A DNA stretch of 64,000 bases from Candidatus Latescibacterota bacterium (lineage in GTDB: Bacteria > Latescibacterota > UBA2968 > UBA8231): positions 3,680,001-3,744,000 of the forward strand of contig OZ242214.1 in NCBI GenBank assembly GCA_965206595.1, given 5' to 3'. Position 1 is the stretch's first letter. Each line of letters starts with the position of its first letter. This document shows, piece after piece, positions 29,730 through 39,034 of this stretch. Position numbers and translations under genes: made by a program. Under the pieces are notes generated by a model. That model was not told the DNA's origin. It searched no databases and saw nothing but the letters and a program-made list of their open reading frames with translations.

Positions 29730-29860
29730 CCGCGAAGTGGTCGCCGGTCTCCTTGCGCCATTCCCGAAGACGGGAACGCATGCTCGCCAGCGCCTCGACC
29801 GCCTCAGGGGCGATCGGGAGCCGGTTCGTCACCAATTCGATGTTCGACATCATGTGGGCG
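29730..29860 (-). pseudogene. Possible sulfatase C-terminal remnant
   Basis: PEAVEALASMRSRLREWRKETGDHF resembles a typical sulfatase C-terminal helix; the rest of the gene is absent. Confidence 0.35.
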
Positions 29861-29966
29861 TGCCGATGATCGCCACCCACCATTCGATCCAGCCAAAAAA
29901 AGTTTGTTGGAGGACGATCCTGGTGTGTTACTGACCGGATCTGACTCTCATGGCTCGTGCTGCAAA

Positions 29967-32726
29967 CTATTCACCTTCTTCCGTGTTTCCCATCTCGCGC
30001 CGGAGTTCAGCCAGGCTTTTCAAGGTTTCGGCGACCCCGGGGTGCCCGGGCCCGAAGGACTTCTCCAACAAATCCAGCACCTGCCTGTAAAGGGTCTCTG
30101 CCTCGGCATACCTTCCTTGCCCGCTGAGACGCTGCGCCTGCTGGTTCAGGCTCCTCACGGTGCAGAAGGTCTCGTGATCCGGCAGCCTGCCATCCGGGAA
30201 TCCCCGAGACAGGAAATACCGGACATTGCCGTTCCAGGGCATCAGGCAATACGCGTTGAACAGGTCCTGCTGCGTCCGGTAGAAACCGTACCTGGCCAGC
30301 AGTTGCGCCACCACCTGTTCCTTGCGGATGTCTTCGCGCAGCCTGTCGTCTGCCCGCTCGATATGAGGAAGGGCAGCAGCCTGGAATCGCGGCAGGCGCA
30401 ATTGCGCCGGTGCCGGCTCCAGGGCTGACTGCTTGTCGAAGTAGTGGAGATCGTCGGTATTGACCCGCGTCTCATCGCCGATCATCCTGGCCATGGCCGC
30501 GCCGTCCAGCCAGAAAAACCCGGCGATACGTGCGACCGTGTCGATCTGGTACTCGCGCGCGCGAAACCATCCGGGCAAGCGGTCCAGCTGTTCCTGCAGG
30601 TATTCGGCATCGAGCCTGAAGGGTTCGGGAGTTGCCACCAGAAACGCCTGGTCGGAGCCGTAGACATACCAGAAGGTGGAGTTGGGAAACACGCTCCGGA
30701 ACGTTTTAAGGTGTATCCTGAACAGATCGCCCTGCATATTGCCGAGAACCGGTACCCACTGCGCGAAGATGCCCCCGGGAAGCAGACGCTCGGCGACCGC
30801 CCGGTAAAACTCTTCCGTGTACAGGACCCAGCTGTCGTAGGCGCGCGGATGAGTCGAATCGCTGATGATCACGTCGTAGCGCTTGCTGCTGGTCACCAGG
30901 TAATTGCGGCCGTCATCATGGTGAAAATGGAATCTCGGCCTGTGAAACACATCCCCGTTCACATCCGCAAACAGGTCGTTGATACCTTCCACATCGGGAT
31001 TCAGGTCGACGACATCGAGGGAGGAGACCCGGTCCGAAGCCAGTACCGAGCCCGCCGTGATACCGGCCCCGAAGGCGATCACCAACGCCTGTTTGGGTTC
31101 CTCCGCCTCATGGATCAGCACTGGAAAACTTCCCAGCAGCTTGAACAACTGGGTGTGCCAGTAGCGGGTTGACGCTTCCTCGACCCCGTTCAGGTACATA
31201 TCGCGGTACGTGCCTCTTCTGGGATCCACCTGGTCGAGGACGGTAACGGTGGCGACCCGTCCCTCCTGAATAAGTCGAACTTCGGTCGACCGCGCCTCGG
31301 TAAACTCCCCGATCTTCCCGGCGTACAGGTCCATCATCTTCGGGAGCGCCGCGGCAAGAACACCCGCCAGGGCGGCAACGCCGAGCACGGTGGCTGACCA
31401 ACGCCGGAAACCCCGGTCCGGAGGAAGCAGATTGAAGACGCCCACAGCCGCGCAGGCGGATGCCAGGCCGATGAGAACGCCCTGCACTCCGATCAGGGGG
31501 ACGAGATAGTGGTTCGCGAGGCCGGCGCCGAGCAGACCCCCAGCCGTATTGAGCGCATACAGGGTGGCGGCTTCCCGCGTCGCCGCGTCGCGTTCCTGCG
31601 GCTGGAGCATCCTGATCGCCAGCGGCAACAGCGCCCCGATCAGAATCGTCGGAGCGATTATGATCGCGATGACAGGGATCAGAATCCCGAAACTGGCGGG
31701 GCCGAACTGCGCCGACTGGTCCGTGCCGAGCACCCAATCGGTCAGCAGGAGATAAGGAGTCAGCAGCACGAAGGCCCCCGCGGCGAGCGCGGTGAAACCG
31801 AAGAGGCGGTCGCTTCTGCGCCTGTTGCGTCGCAATACCCCGTAGAGCCATGTCCCCGAAACGGCGCTGATTCCGGTTCCCAGGAGAAAACCTGTGAGCA
31901 CGACCGGGAATACTGGCGCGCTGTTCCCCAGGTAGAGAATACCCAGCCTGGTCAACAGAACCTGGTAAGCCAGGGCGACGAAACCCACCGCGAAGGTTGC
32001 GAGGTTGAGAAAACGCCGCGTGCCATCGTCGACCGGCAGACCGGCACTGGCGGCAGCGGGAGATACGGCGGCCCGAGGGAGGGTGTGCCGGGCGGCCTTC
32101 CTCGCCGCGAACGCACACAGGACGGCAACGATGTACAGGCCCAGGGCGCACGTCAGGGTGCTCTGAACCCCGAACTCGCCCAGCAGGTAATACCCCGCCA
32201 CGAAACAGCCCACGGCAGCACCCAGAGTGTTCGTGCTGTACAGGTAGCCTGTCCGTGCTGTTCGCTGCAATGACGAATCGGGTGCGACCCCGGAGATCAT
32301 CGCCGGAAAGGTCGAACCCATCAGAAATGCGGGTAGCAGAAGCGCCGCAAGGCTGACCACGCTGCGGGCGACGGTCAGGATGGCCCGATCGTCGAAGCTC
32401 TCCGCCAATGAGGTGAAGAGCTGTGCCAGGAGATCGAACAGCGACGGCGACAGAAAAACATAGGCGCCGATACCGATCTCCAGCAGGATGTAGGGAACGA
32501 GGGAAGGGCGGCGCTTGCTGAAGTATTCCCCTCCGACATAGCTGCCCAGCCCAAGTCCGCCCATGAACGCGGCCAGGATCATGGCGGTCGCGCTCATCGA
32601 GTTGCCGACCACTGTGATCAGCATCCGATTCCATGTGACCTCGGCGATCAGACTGCCGGCGCCGGACGCGAAGAAAGCGCCGTACACGGTGAGCAGGAAA
32701 ACGAGGGAACGGAGGTCAATGGTCAC
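29967..32726 (-). CDS. Fused membrane (MFS-like)/spermidine-synthase-like SAM-binding protein with C-terminal TPR
   Basis: FMGGLGLGS, LMGSTFP and LYSTNTLGA TM repeats; LVIAFGAGIT, VDLNP, DDGRNYL, YDVIISD, LYTEEFY, GGIFAQW; kinesin-light-chain-type TPR tail (GPGHPGVAETLKSLA). Confidence 0.88.
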   Translation of the reverse strand: MTIDLRSLVFLLTVYGAFFASGAGSLIAEVTWNRMLITVVGNSMSATAMILAAFMGGLGLGSYVGGEYFSKRRPSLVPYILLEIGIGAYVFLSPSLFDLLAQLFTSLAESFDDRAILTVARSVVSLAALLLPAFLMGSTFPAMISGVAPDSSLQRTARTGYLYSTNTLGAAVGCFVAGYYLLGEFGVQSTLTCALGLYIVAVLCAFAARKAARHTLPRAAVSPAAASAGLPVDDGTRRFLNLATFAVGFVALAYQVLLTRLGILYLGNSAPVFPVVLTGFLLGTGISAVSGTWLYGVLRRNRRRSDRLFGFTALAAGAFVLLTPYLLLTDWVLGTDQSAQFGPASFGILIPVIAIIIAPTILIGALLPLAIRMLQPQERDAATREAATLYALNTAGGLLGAGLANHYLVPLIGVQGVLIGLASACAAVGVFNLLPPDRGFRRWSATVLGVAALAGVLAAALPKMMDLYAGKIGEFTEARSTEVRLIQEGRVATVTVLDQVDPRRGTYRDMYLNGVEEASTRYWHTQLFKLLGSFPVLIHEAEEPKQALVIAFGAGITAGSVLASDRVSSLDVVDLNPDVEGINDLFADVNGDVFHRPRFHFHHDDGRNYLVTSSKRYDVIISDSTHPRAYDSWVLYTEEFYRAVAERLLPGGIFAQWVPVLGNMQGDLFRIHLKTFRSVFPNSTFWYVYGSDQAFLVATPEPFRLDAEYLQEQLDRLPGWFRAREYQIDTVARIAGFFWLDGAAMARMIGDETRVNTDDLHYFDKQSALEPAPAQLRLPRFQAAALPHIERADDRLREDIRKEQVVAQLLARYGFYRTQQDLFNAYCLMPWNGNVRYFLSRGFPDGRLPDHETFCTVRSLNQQAQRLSGQGRYAEAETLYRQVLDLLEKSFGPGHPGVAETLKSLAELRREMGNTEEGE

Positions 32727-32784
32727 GTATCAACCTTCCTGCCGATCGCCAACAGGCATTGGGGATATTCGGGCAAAGAGCAAG

Positions 32785-35382
32785 TTATGTCTTTGAGAAT
32801 AGGGATTTTAGAAACGGATGGCGTTCGATGGTCCTGATCAAGTTCGGATTGTCAATTTTCAGCGTAAAGCGTGGTGCACCAGGGCCTTTCGCTTTTTCTA
32901 TGAATACAGTCTGTATCAGACGCAGATAAAGATCGAGGTCCCCGAACTCCGGGATGGGATTTCCATTTTCATAGCAGTTGCGGCACCATGATCTGGCTCT
33001 CGCGGGATTCATCAAGTCCATTGCAGGGGTTGGATCATGAAAAAAAATCATGCCGTATTCCATGATCGGAAAATCGTCGGTAACCGGCGCATGATCTTTG
33101 ACTGCACTCAACAGAGTCTGATAATCCGCTACGAACATACCGGCGATGTCGGTAAGGGAATTGATCCGAATCTTGACAAGGTCTTCCTGCAACTCGGGGC
33201 TTTGAACCAATTTTCTCTCTGTTGAAACTGGATCGAGGATTATTTCTGCGTCTTTCCGCCCGACCAGAATACACTCGGTTTTGACACCCGAAAGCATGAT
33301 GGTATTGGGAAACACATCGATGAAAGAACGGATCATCGATTTAACGATTGGCGCAGGCTGTTGCGTCAGCGGTAGCCACTGGGTCAAGAAGCCCCCGGAT
33401 TTGAGGCGTCTTCTGACCAGCTCATAGAAGTCACGGGAATACAATGAGGCAATACCTGCCTGCTTGATTGGCGGGGGCTCCAGAGTTACGAGGTCGTAGC
33501 GGTTGTGTTCTTGCATCCTTAAATGCTGTCGCCCGTCGTTTACAAAAACCGAAACGCCAGGATCGTTCAGGATATCTTGATTGGATTCCTTGAAATATCC
33601 CGCGTGCTCGAGAATATGCTTCGATAGATCTACCACCTCGATATTTCTCACCGAGGAATGCAGTGCTGCCGCATGTGCGGTGTTTCCAACGCCAAAACAG
33701 ATGACCAAGACGTCTGTGGGATCACGCAGGTGAAGCAGGGGAATGTGTGAAAAGGCCCTCATGTAACGCTGGGCCTGCCAGTAGGTGCTGGACATTCGGT
33801 GTCCATTGGTTATCAATGCTTTTTCATTTTCGGGAAGATCCAGTATGACGATCGTTTCGAGGATTCCTTCGCTGGTTTTTACGACGTTGGAACCCTCGAA
33901 ATATAATTTGCCTTCCCTGGTCCAAGAGCCTTCGTGCAGAAGCGCGTTTGGGGGAAGCAGAAACCATTGTGTCAGACCGGCGATTAGCATCAGAGAAACA
34001 ATGACGAAGGCCGGTTTGTGAAGTCTGCCTCCAATCTCTGTTGTCCTTGCCTGGGATTTGGAGAGCAGGAGAAGTGGAATTGTGACCAGAAGGGCGACTG
34101 TCAGGAGTGTCACGATGCTCCATTTCAGCCCCAATAGAGGCAACAGAACAAAACCCGACAACATGCTTCCTCCCAGAGCACCAAGGGTATTAGCCAGATA
34201 GAGGATTCCGGCTCTTCTGCCGACGTTGTGCTCCCTTGTTTGAACAATAGCATTCGCGAGAGGAAACGCGAATCCCATAAAAACCGATGGAACGAATATC
34301 AATACCAGCGTCGGATGCAATATCACCCAAATATTGACTAGTGTGCCTGAAAAGGCACTTAGCTGCACAGGGTCGGGGGGTTCATCGAACGTGTACAGGC
34401 CATGCTCATTGAAAATCAAAAAGGCAGTCAAACAGGTCGATGTAAACAGTAGCTGTGAGAGGATATACAGATCTGCGGGCCGCCTGAAGAATCGTGCAAA
34501 ATACCCTCCTCCCACTGACCCGATCCATATTCCGACTAGTATGACCATTAGCAGAATTGAATACACGGAGCGGAGGTGTCCGACAGCGCTGGTCAGGAAG
34601 CGGATCCAGACGATTTCCATTCCCATTGCCGCAAAGCCGGACAGGACAATGGCCAGAATGACAAAACTGAACGACCGATTTTGAAAATCCCGGGTTGTGT
34701 GTTTGTCTTGAACAACGGGGGTTGGATCCAGGCGGGGTCTACGTACTTCGATGTTCAATATCCAAAAGGCACCAACAGCCGCGAGCAGATTGAGCAGAAC
34801 GGCCATAACCTGAGCCTGAAACAGGCCCAGGTTGGGAATGGCAAAGAAATCAACCAGAATACAGCCCAGGGCTGCACCAGCCGTATTTAATCCATAAAGC
34901 AGACCGATGTGCCATCCGGCGCTGGAAAGATTTGTCCTCACCAGGTAGCGGATCAGAAGGGTTAAGGTTCCTCCCATAAGGAAGGTAATCGGAAAAATGG
35001 TGAAAATTGCGATGACATACCTGACCAGGTAGGACGAGAAAGTGATATAGTGCCAACCGTATTCCCCGGTACGATAGGAAGTGATTGTGCTCGATATGCC
35101 TTCCAGGTGAACCAGTAAAAGGGCTATGCCCAAGCCCAGAGCTGCTATCAAGACCTCTGAAACGGCGTAAAGCTTCAATGCTGTTGTGGGATTCTTTCGG
35201 TATTTGTTGTCGGAAAAGGAGCCGATGACATAGCTCCCAAGCCCGAGGCCCAGCATGAAAACGCCGATTACGATTGAGGACGAGTAGATGGTATTTCCAA
35301 AAACGAGCCCAAACTGGCGGATCCATATGACTTGATAAACAAGACCGCTGATACCGGAGATGAAAAAAATCAGATATACCAT
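32785..35382 (-). CDS. Fused membrane (MFS-like)/spermidine-synthase-like SAM-binding protein
   Basis: SGISGLVYQVIW, FMLGLGLGS, LYGLNTAGA; VICFGVGNT, VDLS, NDGRQHL, YDLVTLEPPP, LYSRDFY, GGFLTQW. Confidence 0.88.
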   Translation of the reverse strand: MVYLIFFISGISGLVYQVIWIRQFGLVFGNTIYSSSIVIGVFMLGLGLGSYVIGSFSDNKYRKNPTTALKLYAVSEVLIAALGLGIALLLVHLEGISSTITSYRTGEYGWHYITFSSYLVRYVIAIFTIFPITFLMGGTLTLLIRYLVRTNLSSAGWHIGLLYGLNTAGAALGCILVDFFAIPNLGLFQAQVMAVLLNLLAAVGAFWILNIEVRRPRLDPTPVVQDKHTTRDFQNRSFSFVILAIVLSGFAAMGMEIVWIRFLTSAVGHLRSVYSILLMVILVGIWIGSVGGGYFARFFRRPADLYILSQLLFTSTCLTAFLIFNEHGLYTFDEPPDPVQLSAFSGTLVNIWVILHPTLVLIFVPSVFMGFAFPLANAIVQTREHNVGRRAGILYLANTLGALGGSMLSGFVLLPLLGLKWSIVTLLTVALLVTIPLLLLSKSQARTTEIGGRLHKPAFVIVSLMLIAGLTQWFLLPPNALLHEGSWTREGKLYFEGSNVVKTSEGILETIVILDLPENEKALITNGHRMSSTYWQAQRYMRAFSHIPLLHLRDPTDVLVICFGVGNTAHAAALHSSVRNIEVVDLSKHILEHAGYFKESNQDILNDPGVSVFVNDGRQHLRMQEHNRYDLVTLEPPPIKQAGIASLYSRDFYELVRRRLKSGGFLTQWLPLTQQPAPIVKSMIRSFIDVFPNTIMLSGVKTECILVGRKDAEIILDPVSTERKLVQSPELQEDLVKIRINSLTDIAGMFVADYQTLLSAVKDHAPVTDDFPIMEYGMIFFHDPTPAMDLMNPARARSWCRNCYENGNPIPEFGDLDLYLRLIQTVFIEKAKGPGAPRFTLKIDNPNLIRTIERHPFLKSLFSKT

Positions 35383-35412
35383 GTATGCCGCAAATATCTG
35401 CGCCGTGAGGTA

Positions 35413-37089
35413 CTAGTTTCGCTGCAGGACGTGGACCCGATCGATATCGAGGGGTCCGAATTCCGTCGTTGTGCCGTCCTCCCAGTACACCGTGACCTTG
35501 TCCACCGTGGTCGCGGATCCCAACCCGCAGTGGACGCGAGGGTCGTTGCTCCCGCAGTAGCTGTACGCCCGCTGCACGCGCCGCCAGCGCGACACCCCCC
35601 CGGCGTCGATGCGCACGCGGGCGTGCAGGGCGTAACGCGCCTCGCTGTCGCGGATGGCGAGCTGCACCCAATGGCCCAGTGAACCGACCGTGTTGCGCAA
35701 AACCGTGGCCTTCGCATCGCGGTTGCCGACGACGATGTCGACGGCGCCGTCGTTGTCGAGGTCTCCGAAGGCTGCGGCGCGGCTTGTCTCGACGATCGGG
35801 CTCGCGGTACCTCCCCGGGGCGCGACTTCCTCGAACTTCAGCGCGCCGACACCGCGGAAGAGTTGATTCGATTCCGCGTAGATGTCCTCCGGGTCATTGA
35901 CCGGATCCCAGTAGTTTATACGGCCGTTGGCCACGTAGATGTCGAGGAGGCCGTCGTGGTCGAAGTCGATGATGCCGAGCCCGAACCCGGTGAACTCATA
36001 GCTCGTTGAGCCCAGCCCGGTTCGATTCGTGATGTCCTCGAAAAAGCGGTCCGTATCCCGGAGATAGAACGTGTTCGTTTCTTCCCTGAGGTGTGAGACG
36101 AACAGGTCGAGATCCCCATCGCTGTCGACGTCCGTGGCGGCGATACCCATACCGGCCTCCGCCTCTCCGACGGCGTTGAAAGCCGTCCCCGAGGAAAGTC
36201 CCTCATCGACGAACTTCAGACCGCCCCGGTTGATCCACAGTTGGTTGGCCATACCGTCGTTGGCGACGTATAGATCGATGCGGTCGTCGCCACCGAAATC
36301 GCCGGCGACGACACCGAGTCCGTTGCCGCGCGCCTGGTGGATTCCAGCCTCGACGCTGATGTCGGTGAAGCGCCCGTTGCCGTCGTTGCGGTAGAGTACA
36401 TCCGGCTGCGACGCCTGGAAGTTGTTCGGGTTGCAGTAGACGCGCCGCCCGGATCCGGAGAAACACTCGACGTCGGTAGCGATCGACCAGCGTAGATAGT
36501 CCGCTACGTAGAGATCCAGATCTCCATCGCGGTCGGCGTCGAAAAAGACGCTGCTCGTGCTCCAGTTCACATCGCCGACTCCGGCGTCGGCGGTGACGTC
36601 CGTGAACTGGCCGTTGCCTTCGTTTCGGTAGAGGACGTTCGCCCCCAGATTGGTGACGTAGATATCGATGTCTCCGTCGCCGTCGTAGTCCGCAACGGAG
36701 CCCCCCATTCCATAGCCCCTGTCTCCGACTCCGGCGCTCTCCGTCACATCCTGGAAGCGAAAGTCCCCGAGGTTCCGGTACAGACGATTCCCGGGTGGAT
36801 CTCCTCCCTCAGCGGCGATCTCACCGCCCTGCACCAGATAGACGTCTAGGAGCCCGTCCCCGTCGTAATCGAGGAGGAGAACGCCGCCGGCGAAAATCTC
36901 CGGATACCAGAATCGCTTCTTTCCTGACTTGTGGAGGAAGTCGATACCCGAACCCGCGGTTCGGTCCTCGAACCACGGGGATCCGCCGGGCTCGGCGGTC
37001 CCGTTCGTGTTCGTGGTGGTCGGCGTTCGCTCACAGCCGAGGCTCGCGACGAACAGAAGGGCGGCGGCGGACACTCTCCGCGCCCGCAT
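35413..37089 (-). CDS. CRTAC1-family lipoprotein (FG-GAP/VCBS repeats + ASPIC/UnbV domain)
   Basis: Lipobox SLGC; repeated DYDGDGxxDxY and NRLYRN motifs; SRAAAFGDLDNDGAVDIVV; C-terminal SYCGSNDPRVHCGLG. ATG 37089 overlaps the upstream TGA. Confidence 0.9.
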   Translation of the reverse strand: MRARRVSAAALLFVASLGCERTPTTTNTNGTAEPGGSPWFEDRTAGSGIDFLHKSGKKRFWYPEIFAGGVLLLDYDGDGLLDVYLVQGGEIAAEGGDPPGNRLYRNLGDFRFQDVTESAGVGDRGYGMGGSVADYDGDGDIDIYVTNLGANVLYRNEGNGQFTDVTADAGVGDVNWSTSSVFFDADRDGDLDLYVADYLRWSIATDVECFSGSGRRVYCNPNNFQASQPDVLYRNDGNGRFTDISVEAGIHQARGNGLGVVAGDFGGDDRIDLYVANDGMANQLWINRGGLKFVDEGLSSGTAFNAVGEAEAGMGIAATDVDSDGDLDLFVSHLREETNTFYLRDTDRFFEDITNRTGLGSTSYEFTGFGLGIIDFDHDGLLDIYVANGRINYWDPVNDPEDIYAESNQLFRGVGALKFEEVAPRGGTASPIVETSRAAAFGDLDNDGAVDIVVGNRDAKATVLRNTVGSLGHWVQLAIRDSEARYALHARVRIDAGGVSRWRRVQRAYSYCGSNDPRVHCGLGSATTVDKVTVYWEDGTTTEFGPLDIDRVHVLQRN

Positions 37090-38507
37090 CACGGTTTCCG
37101 CTGCTCGTAGTACTGCTCGAGTTGCTTCACGGCTCTGTGATTCGGCTTGAGTCTGCGCGCGGCCTCGAGGGCTCGCTTCGCGCACGTCCAGTCCTCGAGA
37201 TCTACGCAGAGGGTCCCGAGGCTGACGTGGATGGGGAGGGTGTAATTTTGCGGAGTGAGCCGGAGAAGATCTTCTAGTGCAGCTCGCGCCCCGGTTCGGT
37301 CTTCGAGCCGGAGGCACGCCTGGGCGAGGAACTGATGGAAACCGGGGCGGCTGTTGTCGAGACCGATGGCGGTTTCCAGAGACTCGCGCGCCGGGGCGAA
37401 CTCTCCCATGAACAGGAGCGCCTTGCCACGCTCGAAGTGAGCTTGCGCGATCTGGGGCGCTCTGTCGATGGCGGCGTCCGCGGCTGCGAGCGCCTGCGGA
37501 TACAGCTTCAGCGAGCTGAGGCAATCCGCCTTGTTGATGTATATCCCGAACGCGCCCGGGTGAAACTCAAGGCCCGCATCGAGGATGGCGAGGGCCTCTC
37601 GAGGGCGTTTCACCCGGCGATACGCCACCGCGAGGTTGTTCATGACCATCAAGTCCTGCGGCCGCTCCTGGTACATTCTCTCCAGGACGACGATGGCCTC
37701 TGCGGGTTTGCCGGCGCGGAGGAGTCCCACCGCGTGATCGAGCCGTGTGCTGTAGCCGCGGGAATAGCGCTCCAGGTCGCTGCTCGTGCGGTCGGGTATG
37801 TAGGACTTCTCGGCATCCTCGCCTCGAGCCTGGGCGCGATCCGCATCCTCGGTGCGACCCATGCGCCGGTAAGCGCGCCCGACGAGAAACGCCGCCATTT
37901 TGTGGCCTGGTTGGAGGGAGAGGGCGTGCTCCAGAGCAGTGATGGCAGCGGCATAGTCGCGACGCTCGAGAGCGACACGGCCGAGACCGACATGACCCTC
38001 CGGGGACTTCCCGTGCAGCGCTACGGCGCGCCGGAACGCTGCATCCGCCCCATCGATGTCGCCAGACTCGATCAGCAGGTCCCCGAGATGGTGCTGGGCG
38101 GGAGCAAAGCCTGGGAATCTCTTCACCACCGCATGCATGGCGGCTACGGCGCCGTCGAAATCGCCCAGATTCTGCGTGGCGCGGGCGGCATGGTAAGCCC
38201 AGACGGATTCCCGGGGGGCGAGCAACGCCGCCGCTTCGAAACACTGACGGGCCTGTTGCCAGAGCACGTTTGCCTCGAAAACCAGGCCGAGCTGGCCCAA
38301 CTTCTCCGCATCCGATGGGTCTTCGCGTACCCTCTCGAGGTGATCATCCACCAGGGAACGGATCTCGGCATCGAGATTCCGGGGAATCGCGAGGTCCGGA
38401 AGCGTTGGCTGAGGCCCGCAGCTGCAGCACGCCAGGACCCAGCAGAGCGCCCAGCGCGCCACCAGCGGGCTCGTGACACGTTGCTCGTCCATTTCTCCGG
38501 CGTTCAT
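37089..38507 (-). CDS. TPR-repeat (lipo)protein
   Basis: Signal/lipobox ACCSC followed by many tandem TPR helical hairpins; translationally coupled to the CRTAC1 gene. Confidence 0.85.
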   Translation of the reverse strand: MNAGEMDEQRVTSPLVARWALCWVLACCSCGPQPTLPDLAIPRNLDAEIRSLVDDHLERVREDPSDAEKLGQLGLVFEANVLWQQARQCFEAAALLAPRESVWAYHAARATQNLGDFDGAVAAMHAVVKRFPGFAPAQHHLGDLLIESGDIDGADAAFRRAVALHGKSPEGHVGLGRVALERRDYAAAITALEHALSLQPGHKMAAFLVGRAYRRMGRTEDADRAQARGEDAEKSYIPDRTSSDLERYSRGYSTRLDHAVGLLRAGKPAEAIVVLERMYQERPQDLMVMNNLAVAYRRVKRPREALAILDAGLEFHPGAFGIYINKADCLSSLKLYPQALAAADAAIDRAPQIAQAHFERGKALLFMGEFAPARESLETAIGLDNSRPGFHQFLAQACLRLEDRTGARAALEDLLRLTPQNYTLPIHVSLGTLCVDLEDWTCAKRALEAARRLKPNHRAVKQLEQYYEQRKP

Positions 38508-39034
38508 TCTCAATGTCTGAAGGATCGGACAACCTCGCAGGCTGGAGAAATAGTACACAGATATGACAGCCCGACCAACAGCACCTGATGGACAGAGTGC
38601 AGCCGCCAGCGTATTGCACCTGCCGGCCGACGACTGTGTAAAGTCACCTCAAACCTGGACTTGCGGCCGCAAGTGTTCGTCAGCGTGGTGGCGGCCTTTA
38701 GGAAGCCGACGGCTGCACAGGGGACCGACATGAAAAAATGGGCTACTTTCGTCAGCGTCCTTCCCGCATGGTTTGCGCGCAAAATGGCATAGTCCAAGGC
38801 GCTGGTCCCGTGGTTCTGAGGAGTCTGTCAGACTATAAAGGCTACTAAAGTGGTAACACGAGGCTACGCCCATAACAGCCCCTTGAAAAAGCCCATCCGG
38901 GCTGCGGCCGGCTTTGGCGTTCGAATACGGCGTTGCGCCTTGTCTTCGACCGCCATGACTCGGCCTCGCCTGCAGAGCAACTTCATCAGCGGGCTTATAT
39001 GCAGCGACGGAGGTCAGGGGGGAGACCACTGAGT

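Noticed and set aside
29967-35382. Calling these genes speE
   Set aside because: They lack the GGGDG aminopropyltransferase signature and carry large membrane domains, so the function is not established.
37090-37524. N-terminal extension of the CRTAC1 ORF (703 aa)
   Set aside because: It lies inside the TPR gene; the signal peptide and lipobox begin at ATG 37089.
38872-38999. Second REP/MITE-like element (AACAGCCCCTTGAAAAAGCCC...TTCATCAGCGGGCTTAT)
   Set aside because: The ends are only weakly complementary and the internal palindrome is degenerate; not supportable without a genome-wide search.
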